The translations under genes were made by a program, and so were the position numbers. A stretch of 38,758 nucleotides of DNA. It comes from a virus (taxonomy: Duplodnaviria; Heunggongvirae; Uroviricota; Caudoviricetes). Below, piece after piece: positions 1 to 7,364 of the stretch. Under the pieces are notes generated by a model. That model was not told the origin of the DNA. It saw only the letters and a program-made list of their open reading frames with translations, and ran no database searches. Position 1 is the first letter of the stretch, and each line of letters starts with the position of its first letter. The DNA is taken from the IMG/VR virus record IMGVR_UViG_2541047683_000001; one strand, written 5' to 3'.

Positions 1-1053
1 TTACGGGGTAATGCCAACCGCTGCCGCCACTTTGTCGCCATTTGGTAACGTTGCCAGTGGATTGAAACGGAGCGCCGTTTCCAAATGATCCGGTGCCAGA
101 TGCGCATAACGCATAGTCATTTTTATATCGTGATGTCCGAGAATTTTTTGTAAGGCCAAGATGTTTCCACCCGACATCATGAAGTGCGCCGCAAACGTAT
201 GGCGCAGAACGTGTGTCAGTTGACCGCGAGGGAGAACGATAGACGTTTTTTCCATCACGGATAAAAATTGAAAATAGCAGTCTGTGAAGAAATTGAACCC
301 ATCGAGCGCCATGATCTCTTCATAAAGCTCTTTACTGATAGGTATGCTTCTGTTTTTCTTCCCCTTCGTTCTCACAAAGGTGATTCGATACTTGGTGACC
401 TGTGAGCGGGTAAGATTGATTGCTTCTCGCCAACGTGCGCCTGTACTTAGACATATTTTTACCACCAGTGCCAGAATTGGGTTCTGACGTTTGCAGTCAG
501 ACAGTAATTCGATAATCTGCTCATGTGTAAGCCATGCCATTTCCTTTTCTGCGATAGTGAATTTGCGCATCTTCTCTAATGGGTTTGGAAGTGTCCATTC
601 ACCCAGGCGGGAAAGTTCTCTGAAAACGCTGCTTAGATGGCTTTGCTCCAGGTTAACAGTAACTGGGCTTGCTCCTTTCTTCCATTTTTCACTGAAGTAG
701 ATTTCACCAGTAAGGCGTTTATCGCGATAGTGAGCAAACATTTTTGAGGTGAGATCAGTTGCAAGGGGATTTCCCAAGGCGTCAACCATCAACAGCAGCT
801 TGTTGTAGACATGCTGTCCGGCAGTAAGAGATTTGCCATGTAATTTGAACCATAGCTCAACCATATCTTTCAGTGTCCGACGATCCACTGATTCGCCCAG
901 CCAGGGCTTTGCTTCTATTTCCCCCATGGTGTATCGCTCGAAGGCCAGTGCTTCGCCTTTGGTGGCGAATTGTTTACGCACACGGCGTCCGCTACGTCCG
1001 GCGGGGTAACATTCGCAAAGCCATTTCCCTGTGGTTAGTTTTCGTACTGCCAT
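1..1053 (-). CDS. int: tyrosine integrase, P2 Int-like
   Basis: ORF track 1..1068 (TTG at 1068); first ATG at 1053 preceded by GGAGGG; P2 Int-like sequence with conserved catalytic region (HVLRHTFA ... MRYAHL); stop at 1..3 lies beyond the att core. Confidence 0.9.
   Translation of the reverse strand: MAVRKLTTGKWLCECYPAGRSGRRVRKQFATKGEALAFERYTMGEIEAKPWLGESVDRRTLKDMVELWFKLHGKSLTAGQHVYNKLLLMVDALGNPLATDLTSKMFAHYRDKRLTGEIYFSEKWKKGASPVTVNLEQSHLSSVFRELSRLGEWTLPNPLEKMRKFTIAEKEMAWLTHEQIIELLSDCKRQNPILALVVKICLSTGARWREAINLTRSQVTKYRITFVRTKGKKNRSIPISKELYEEIMALDGFNFFTDCYFQFLSVMEKTSIVLPRGQLTHVLRHTFAAHFMMSGGNILALQKILGHHDIKMTMRYAHLAPDHLETALRFNPLATLPNGDKVAAAVGITP
19..41. repeat. attL: attL core CGCTGCCGCCACTTTGTCGCCAT, inside the 3' coding end of int
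   Basis: 22/23 identity with 35904..35926; flanking bases differ on both sides. Confidence 0.6.
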
Positions 1054-1083
1054 AAAAATGCCCTCCAATGGAGAGCATTTTTA

Positions 1084-1099
1084 CTGTATACATAACCAG
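1084..1099. promoter_or_regulatory. weak LexA-box-like site CTGTATACATAACCAG between OLD-like gene and int
   Basis: CTGT-N8-CCAG, one mismatch to the CTGT-N8-ACAG consensus; AT-rich spacer. Confidence 0.25.
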
Positions 1100-1130
1100 T
1101 GTCAATGTATGTATATTATTAAGAATACAT

Positions 1131-3113
1131 TCATTTTGAGTTAAAAAAGCTTATAATTTCTGTCAGCCATGAAGGCGTATATTTTTCATTAATATCAAAA
1201 AGAGCATTGGTGTATTCTTGACAAAATTTAGTTTTATTTCCAGATTCCTCAAAATATCTTTTTATTATTAATTTTTGGCTAGTTGTCAGATCTAATATTC
1301 CAGCTGCAACATTGGACGGTAATGTGTTAATGTTCTCTATAAATGAGAATCTATTATCACCTTTCTTATAAAGTCGATGTAATGTTTTGTGGAAAATAAT
1401 CCCAGATAATACATCTTCAATTTCAGTTGGTGGAGAAACTCTATTGTCGGTGGTTTTTAGTAAGTCAGCATCACTTAAATCATCGCGTAGCAGCAGTCTT
1501 CTGATTCTGACTTGCGATATGCTGTCTGAAGTATCAAATTTATCATACGATTGATCTGTATCCAATAAACAAAAGACTTTTCCTTTTATTGCCGGCTTTC
1601 TGTCTTTTAAAGCTAAGATAAGATATGAGTAAATATCTTTGAGTGCAAATGACCCCCCAACACTTAATACAATTATATTTTTATTTTCTAAATTTTCAAA
1701 TTTAAGATGGGATTCAATGTATAATTTATCTGTACGTCCTTCGCACAATATCCAATTATAATTATTTTGTGATGTAATTGAAGTTATTATGGATTGAACA
1801 AGATCATGATTGCTTTTCACTTCTAAAGTATCTAAATATGAGCCTTTAGATTCTTTAACAAGGGTCGACAATTCATCTCGATAATACTCAAGGTTAAGGC
1901 ATTTTATCAATGCTTGATTTGGAGAAACATAAGTGGCACTACCGCTCATTGCTGCAGGAAGAAAACCATACCAATGAGTAGTACATATGGTTTGAATGCC
2001 TATTTCACTTATTTTTTTAATCTTCTCAAATTGTTTAAAGCAAGATGTCGCATGTAAAGATAACTCTGGTTCATCGACAGCTAATATTGTAGCTTGTTGA
2101 GTTTTTTTGGGATTGTCTTTTAAAAAACCTATGGCTAAATCAAGTAATGCCTTCCTTTTTTCACCAGAACTAAGATTGTGGACAGGTGTATCCCTATTGA
2201 TATTGTCAATATAATGAAGAATTTTGTCACTAAAGTAAGTTTCGATGATTTTAGAAATCATGTGGCGTTGAGTAAATGAATTCTGCCGTTGCGTCGGTCT
2301 TTTGAATTGATACTGCCCATCAAGCTTATATGATAGTTGATCAACAAAGTCATTTAAGTGACGATTTATTTCATTGATGTCACTTTTTTTAATTATCTTA
2401 CTGATTCGTTGTTGTAAGTTTTCTCCAAGTAAAGATTGCAATAACTCACTCTCTATTTTTGAATATTCTGACGTGGTAATTTCTGCAGGCAAATAAATAT
2501 AGTTATAGATATCTTTTATATTATCAAGCAAGCGATTTGATGTGTTCTTGAAATGGTTTTTCTGAGTGTTTGGGGAGCTTCCATCGGGAATTAGTTCATC
2601 AATTCTGGAATGATAATCCTCAATTGATTCAAATATTGACATATAAGATCTAGGTGCTTCATTCGCTTTTTCTTTTATGACTCCTAAAGGAATTAAAAAG
2701 TAATCTTTAGATGAGTAGTTTAACTCTAATATATTGCGATGTGATATAAATTTTTCGGCAATTGTTCGTTGCATTGAATTAAAGTCTTCACTTTCCAATT
2801 GCCATGTAATATCACTAATAACATCAAGAGCTTTATAAGTAAATGAATTAGACCTGAAGCGATCTTTACGTATGAGAAAAATTGGTACAATAAACGGTTC
2901 ACGAGTTTCGAATCCCAGACTCCTGGCATCATTATTTATATCAAGTCTGTTTATATCTGTTCTGTTAAGAACAACATCCAAAGCTTGCAATATTGAACTT
3001 TTTCCAACACCATTTTCACCAATAAGCCAAGATGAATTGTTATTCATAGCGATCGGAATATAATGTTGATTCCTAAAATTTTTGAAGTTTCTTAAAATAA
3101 CACCGATAATCAT
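1131..3113 (-). CDS. OLD-family protein: N-terminal ABC-type ATPase plus C-terminal TOPRIM-like nuclease domain (candidate anti-phage cargo)
   Basis: ORF track 1131..3116; ATG at 3113 with AAGGGA upstream, 19 nt after the repressor stop; Walker A GENGVGKSS; Walker B-like ILAVDEPELSLH; C-terminal ILCEGRTD glutamate motif and CLLDTDQ DxD motif; visibly AT-rich. Confidence 0.7.
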   Translation of the reverse strand: MIIGVILRNFKNFRNQHYIPIAMNNNSSWLIGENGVGKSSILQALDVVLNRTDINRLDINNDARSLGFETREPFIVPIFLIRKDRFRSNSFTYKALDVISDITWQLESEDFNSMQRTIAEKFISHRNILELNYSSKDYFLIPLGVIKEKANEAPRSYMSIFESIEDYHSRIDELIPDGSSPNTQKNHFKNTSNRLLDNIKDIYNYIYLPAEITTSEYSKIESELLQSLLGENLQQRISKIIKKSDINEINRHLNDFVDQLSYKLDGQYQFKRPTQRQNSFTQRHMISKIIETYFSDKILHYIDNINRDTPVHNLSSGEKRKALLDLAIGFLKDNPKKTQQATILAVDEPELSLHATSCFKQFEKIKKISEIGIQTICTTHWYGFLPAAMSGSATYVSPNQALIKCLNLEYYRDELSTLVKESKGSYLDTLEVKSNHDLVQSIITSITSQNNYNWILCEGRTDKLYIESHLKFENLENKNIIVLSVGGSFALKDIYSYLILALKDRKPAIKGKVFCLLDTDQSYDKFDTSDSISQVRIRRLLLRDDLSDADLLKTTDNRVSPPTEIEDVLSGIIFHKTLHRLYKKGDNRFSFIENINTLPSNVAAGILDLTTSQKLIIKRYFEESGNKTKFCQEYTNALFDINEKYTPSWLTEIISFFNSK

Positions 3114-3132
3114 CAATTGTCCCTTCTGAATG

Positions 3133-4068
3133 TTATTTACAAGTCATTATTACTTTGGCGATGATGTTAATTTCATCAATTTTACATTCGATCTTATTAT
3201 TCTTACTTTCTAAAGCAATTCGACTGTTAGGCAATCGAATTAAATTACGTATAGAATAAATACCATCAATGGCTACAAGCCATAAGCCATCGTTTACTTC
3301 TTCAAAATCGCTATTGATTAGGTAAATAACATTTTCAAATTCAATAATTGATATTTTGCTACTATCGTTTGGTAAAAGTGTACGATCAAACATTAAATAT
3401 CCGTTGGTAAATAGTTTACCATTGGTAATATTTTGTTTGGTTAGACAAGTTATTTGTGATTTTGCATCCATAAACATAGGACCTTCAGATTGCGAAAGCC
3501 ACCGCAGCGATGCCCCTGTTTCTAAAGCACACTTGATAATCCAGTCGGAGGGAAAAGTATCCCTCATATAACGATTGGCTAATGTACTTTTTGAGACACC
3601 AAGGTGGTCAGCTAAGGCTTGCCGGGTTTTGAATCCATATGCTTGGACAAGGCGTTCTATTGCTGCCTTACCCCCCTTATTTGGATTTATATTGAACTCA
3701 TTTCGGATGTTTTCTTTTCGAACCGTCTTATCACAATTCGAGATTTTTTTGGTTTCATGTTCATCATTGAGTTCATGTTGGTGTGAAACGCTTTCGTTTA
3801 TGCAATCGGTGCCAAATGCTAACCATTCGACAGTAACACCTGTTTCCATGCTACAAATGACAACCCAGTCTGCGGGGAACGTGTCACGTGCATATCTGTT
3901 TGCCATCGTGCTTTGGGAGATACCAATGTGGTTACAGAATGCTTGGCGGGAAGTGAAGCCGTAAGCCTGCAGAATCCGATCTATGACCTGCTGCCCTCCA
4001 CGATTCTGCATTATTAAAGCCTTCATATCATCGCTAACATGGCGAAATGTGTTTTTGTGTGTTGACAT
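3133..4068 (-). CDS. cI: phage 186 CI-like immunity repressor with tandemly duplicated N-terminal DNA-binding domain
   Basis: Two diverged copies of the module ..QAYGF..RQA...LG.S.ST.ANRY.RDTFP.DW...C..ETG...WL (about aa 25-85 and 128-190), then a C-terminal region; alternative in-frame ATGs at 4026 and 4011, true start uncertain. Confidence 0.8.
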   Translation of the reverse strand: MSTHKNTFRHVSDDMKALIMQNRGGQQVIDRILQAYGFTSRQAFCNHIGISQSTMANRYARDTFPADWVVICSMETGVTVEWLAFGTDCINESVSHQHELNDEHETKKISNCDKTVRKENIRNEFNINPNKGGKAAIERLVQAYGFKTRQALADHLGVSKSTLANRYMRDTFPSDWIIKCALETGASLRWLSQSEGPMFMDAKSQITCLTKQNITNGKLFTNGYLMFDRTLLPNDSSKISIIEFENVIYLINSDFEEVNDGLWLVAIDGIYSIRNLIRLPNSRIALESKNNKIECKIDEINIIAKVIMTCK

Positions 4069-4156
4069 ATCCGATTTGTGATCCTATTCTCCGAAATGTG
4101 AAGTTGAAGTCACGATTAATACCGGCTCACCACAAGCCAATAGGAGATGTTGCATC
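4069..4156. promoter_or_regulatory. immunity switch region between divergent repressor and apl/cox-like genes
   Basis: 88-bp intergenic region between divergently transcribed cI and apl-like genes; contains tandem TGAAGT TGAAGT and AGGAG RBS for apl; promoters/operators not resolved. Confidence 0.4.
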
Positions 4157-4378
4157 ATGACCCCTAACATTTCAATAACTCTGAATACGCCACATGTCAC
4201 AATCGAGCGTTATAGCGAACTTACTGGTCTTTCAATCGACACAATTAACGATATGCTGGCTGACGGTCGCATCCCTCGGCATCGCCTTCGGAAAGACAAG
4301 AAAAGAGAAAAGGTGATGATCAACCTTGCTGCTCTTACCGTTGATGCACTTACTGATTGCAATGTTGTATTCAACTAG
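4157..4378 (+). CDS. Cox/Apl-like small DNA-binding protein (excision/switch regulator)
   Basis: 73-aa ORF first in the rightward early operon, directly upstream of the CII homologue; AGGAG 10 nt upstream; basic C-terminal half. Confidence 0.65.
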   Translation: MTPNISITLNTPHVTIERYSELTGLSIDTINDMLADGRIPRHRLRKDKKREKVMINLAALTVDALTDCNVVFN

Positions 4379-4410
4379 TTCCATTTTGGGATACATCAGG
4401 GGTGTCGACC

Positions 4411-4920
4411 ATGTTTGATTACCAAGTTTCCAAACATCCACATTTTGATGAAGCCTGTCGTGCATTCGCACTGCGACACAATCTGGTGAAACTGGCAGAA
4501 CGTGCAGGCATGAATGTACAGATTCTGCGGAACAAGCTGAACCCAGCTCAACCTCATTTATTAACCGCACCAGAAATCTGGTTGCTTACTGATTTGACTG
4601 AAGATTCAACGCTGGTAGATGGCTTTCTGGCACAAATTCACTGCCTGCCATGTGTACCGATTAATGAGGTAGCAAAAGAGAAACTGCCGCATTACGTCAT
4701 GAGTGCAACCGCAGAGATTGGGCGTGTTGCTGCTGGTGCGGTATCTGGTGATGTGAAAACCAGCGCAGGTCGTCGTGATGCTATCAGCAGCATTAACTCT
4801 GTAACACGATTGATGGCGCTGGCTGCTGTTTCATTGCAGGCCCGTTTACAGGCTAATCCTGCGATGGCGAGTGCAGTTGATACCGTGACTGGCCTCGGCG
4901 CTTCATTCGGTTTGCTATGA
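4411..4920 (+). CDS. cII: phage 186 CII-like lysogeny establishment activator
   Basis: 169 aa starting [20 protein letters not shown] and ending ASFGLL, recalled as close to 186 CII along its length; track ORF starts upstream at 4357 but ATG 4411 matches the CII N-terminus. Confidence 0.9.
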   Translation: MFDYQVSKHPHFDEACRAFALRHNLVKLAERAGMNVQILRNKLNPAQPHLLTAPEIWLLTDLTEDSTLVDGFLAQIHCLPCVPINEVAKEKLPHYVMSATAEIGRVAAGAVSGDVKTSAGRRDAISSINSVTRLMALAAVSLQARLQANPAMASAVDTVTGLGASFGLL

Positions 4921-4927
4921 GGTGCTT

Positions 4928-5224
4928 ATGCTGACGAAAGAACCATCATTTGCATCGCTGCTGGTAAAACAAAGCCCGGCAATGCACTACGGTCACGGCT
5001 GGATCATGGGAGAGGATGGTAAACGCTGGCATCCATGTCATTCACAAGATGAATTGCTGTCTGAATTGACCACGAGCAAACGGAGAAAGTCCAAATGTAT
5101 GCGGCAGAAAATGAAGTGGTTTATCACTTTCGTTACAGAGGGGAGAATTATTCAGTACCTGAAGATGATTTGCTCTGTTGCTATCCGTCGTTGTCGGGCG
5201 ATGGTAGCTACTTTTTCACGCTAA
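4928..5224 (+). CDS. Fil-like early protein (186 fil position); 3' extent uncertain
   Basis: ATG 4928 with GAGGTG 6 nt upstream, right after cII stop; N-terminal MLTKEPSFASLLVKQSP...HGW resembles my recollection of 186 Fil; C-terminal third looks non-protein-like and overlaps the next ORF. Confidence 0.45.
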   Translation: MLTKEPSFASLLVKQSPAMHYGHGWIMGEDGKRWHPCHSQDELLSELTTSKRRKSKCMRQKMKWFITFVTEGRIIQYLKMICSVAIRRCRAMVATFSR

Positions 5225-5319
5225 AGGATGGAACCTTTATACGTGGTGAAAAAGTACAAGAAGTGATGCGTATAAAGACATCACCTCTTGAACGTTATCG
5301 GCGAAATATTTATCGGTAA
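5095..5319 (+). CDS. hypothetical early protein (186 dhr position)
   Basis: 74-aa ORF with GGAGAAAG RBS 8 nt upstream; protein-like composition; overlaps the previous ORF in another frame. Confidence 0.45.
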   Translation: MYAAENEVVYHFRYRGENYSVPEDDLLCCYPSLSGDGSYFFTLKDGTFIRGEKVQEVMRIKTSPLERYRRNIYR

Positions 5320-5558
5320 CGATCTATCAGTGTCTGTATCAGATGAGTGAATTCTTGTTGTTTAACCGAACCTAAAGGAAGTTTGTTTAATTCTTCGCGG
5401 AGGAGCTCAAAAAATGCTGATTGATTTGCTGAGTCAGTTCGAAATAAGGAGTGGATCAGACCTGAAACAAGAATTCGTTGAACAGCAACCTCATCGCGAA
5501 GACTGGAGATCTCGTTTTCAAGTTGCTCTATACGCTCTCTTTCAACCGGGTTCAACAT
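5310..5558 (-). CDS. hypothetical small coiled-coil protein, antisense to the early operon
   Basis: 82-aa ORF with AAGGAA RBS 7 nt upstream of ATG; charged heptad-like sequence (ERIEQLENEISSLRDEVA). Confidence 0.35.
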   Translation of the reverse strand: MLNPVERERIEQLENEISSLRDEVAVQRILVSGLIHSLFRTDSANQSAFFELLREELNKLPLGSVKQQEFTHLIQTLIDRYR

Positions 5559-5640
5559 TGATGATTCCTTCTAGCTATCAATATGTTGGTAATGGATCAT
5601 ATCAAAAATTTTTTAGTAGATGTGTTGTGGGGATGCATAA

Positions 5641-5982
5641 ATGGCTATTAAAAGCGCTGCGGCGACTGTTCCATTAAGCCCCGGTGAACGCCTGAATGGA
5701 CTTAATCACATTGCGGAGTTAAGGGCGAAAGTATTTGGCCTGAATATTGAGTCAGAGCTTGAGCGGTTTATTAAAGATATGCGTGATCCACGGGATATCA
5801 ATAACGAACAAAATAAACGGGCACTGGCTGCTATATTCTTTATGGCAAAAATTCCAGCTGAACGTCATAGCATCAGCATTAATGAGCTGACCACTGACGA
5901 AAAGCGGGAGTTGATTAAAGCAATGAATCATTTTCGTGCAGTGGTGAGCTTATTTCCCAGACGGCTAACCATGCCGAATTAA
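5641..5982 (+). CDS. hypothetical early protein
   Basis: 113-aa ORF, GGGGA upstream, protein-like composition. Confidence 0.5.
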   Translation: MAIKSAAATVPLSPGERLNGLNHIAELRAKVFGLNIESELERFIKDMRDPRDINNEQNKRALAAIFFMAKIPAERHSISINELTTDEKRELIKAMNHFRAVVSLFPRRLTMPN

Positions 5983-6049
5983 CCAACTAATGAAATTAAT
6001 GGCGTAAACCCGCCGGGTATCCCTTTATCTAAATTCAGGAGAATTGATT

Positions 6050-6283
6050 ATGCGTAATATTGAAACCCTCACGACTAAAACCGGACCGGATGATGCAGGG
6101 CTTAATTTTTTACTGACAGAGGCTCGTCTGGAAGAACGCCGGGCAAGGGCTGAAGCAATGGCAGCTCGCCTTGATAGCCTGGCGTGTCATATCACATCCC
6201 GCCAGCTAAACCACGTCGAAGCGGCAGAACTACTGCGTGTAACTGCTGAAGCAATCCAGAACGAAGCGCAGGAGATCCACTAA
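6050..6283 (+). CDS. hypothetical early protein
   Basis: ATG 6050 with AGGAG upstream; stop overlaps next start (TAATG). Confidence 0.5.
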   Translation: MRNIETLTTKTGPDDAGLNFLLTEARLEERRARAEAMAARLDSLACHITSRQLNHVEAAELLRVTAEAIQNEAQEIH

Positions 6284-6510
6284 TGGCTGATGCAATGGAT
6301 CTCGTACAGCAGCGCGTTGAAGAAGAACGCCAGCGCCATATCCGTGCTGCCCGTGCCAAAACGCCGGGCGTGTCCCGCGTGCTTTGCATTGAGTGTGAAG
6401 CGCCAATTCCGCCAGCACGCCGCCGCGCCATTCCAGGTGTGCAGCTTTGCATTACCTGTCAGGAAATCGCAGAGCTGAAAGGCAAACATTACAACGGAGG
6501 TGCTGTATGA
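6283..6510 (+). CDS. TraR/DksA-family C4 zinc-finger protein
   Basis: CIECEAPIPPARRRAIPGVQLCITCQ four-cysteine motif; translationally coupled to flanking genes. Confidence 0.8.
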   Translation: MADAMDLVQQRVEEERQRHIRAARAKTPGVSRVLCIECEAPIPPARRRAIPGVQLCITCQEIAELKGKHYNGGAV

Positions 6511-7364
6511 GCACCATCCTGAAATGGGCGGGAAATAAAACCGCCATTATGTCCGAACTGAAAAAACACCTTCCTGCTGGCCCGCGACTGGTTGAACCTT
6601 TCGCGGGTTCCTGTGCTGTGATGATGGAGACGGATTACCCCAGCTATCTGGTTGCGGATATTAATCCTGATTTAATCAACCTCTATAAAAAGGTTGCCGC
6701 TGATTGTGAATCGTTTATATCTCGCGCCAGAATTTTATTTGAGAACGCAAACAGGGAGATGGATTATTACAACATAAGGCAGGAGTTTAATTACTCGACT
6801 GAAATTACTGATTTCATGAAAGCGGTATATTTCCTGTATCTCAATCGTCATGGTTACCGTGGGTTATGTCGCTATAACAAGAGCGGGCATTTCAACATTC
6901 CCTACGGGAATTATAAAAATCCGTATTTCCCTGAAAAAGAAATTCGCAAATTTGCAGAAAAAGCCCAACGAGCAACGTTTATCTGCGCCAGCTTTGATGA
7001 AACGCTGGCGATGCTGCAGGTGGGGGATGTGGTGTATTGCGATCCGCCGTATGACGGTACGTTTTCCGGCTATCACACTGATGGTTTCACTGAAGATGAC
7101 CAGTATCACCTGGCATCCGTTCTTGAACATCGGTCATCAGAAGGACATCCGGTCATTGTTTCTAACAGTGATACATCCCTGATCCGTTCGCTGTATCGCA
7201 ATTTTACTCACCACTACATCAAGGCAAAACGCAGCATCGGTGTAGCAGCTGGTGAGAGTAAATCTGCAACAGAAATCATCGCTGTTTCCGGGCCGCGCTG
7301 CTGGGTGGGATTTGATCCTTCGCGTGGCGTGGATAGTTCTGCCGTGTACGGAGTGCGTGCATGA
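6507..7364 (+). CDS. DNA adenine methyltransferase (Dam family, orphan)
   Basis: N-terminal KWAGNK motif and catalytic DPPY ([10 protein letters not shown]); ATG 6507 overlaps TraR stop; GGAGG RBS. Confidence 0.9.
   Translation: MSTILKWAGNKTAIMSELKKHLPAGPRLVEPFAGSCAVMMETDYPSYLVADINPDLINLYKKVAADCESFISRARILFENANREMDYYNIRQEFNYSTEITDFMKAVYFLYLNRHGYRGLCRYNKSGHFNIPYGNYKNPYFPEKEIRKFAEKAQRATFICASFDETLAMLQVGDVVYCDPPYDGTFSGYHTDGFTEDDQYHLASVLEHRSSEGHPVIVSNSDTSLIRSLYRNFTHHYIKAKRSIGVAAGESKSATEIIAVSGPRCWVGFDPSRGVDSSAVYGVRA

Noticed and set aside
491-1055. Plus-strand ORFs of 69 and 60 aa inside int
   Set aside because: Antisense to the integrase coding sequence; shadow ORFs
4232-4570. 112-aa minus-strand ORF antisense to apl and cII
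   Set aside because: Overlaps two well-supported plus-strand genes including the highly conserved cII; no RBS
6192-6489. Three minus-strand ORFs overlapping the TraR-like gene and dam start
   Set aside because: Arg/Ala-rich wrong-frame translations of GC-rich coding DNA opposite translationally coupled genes
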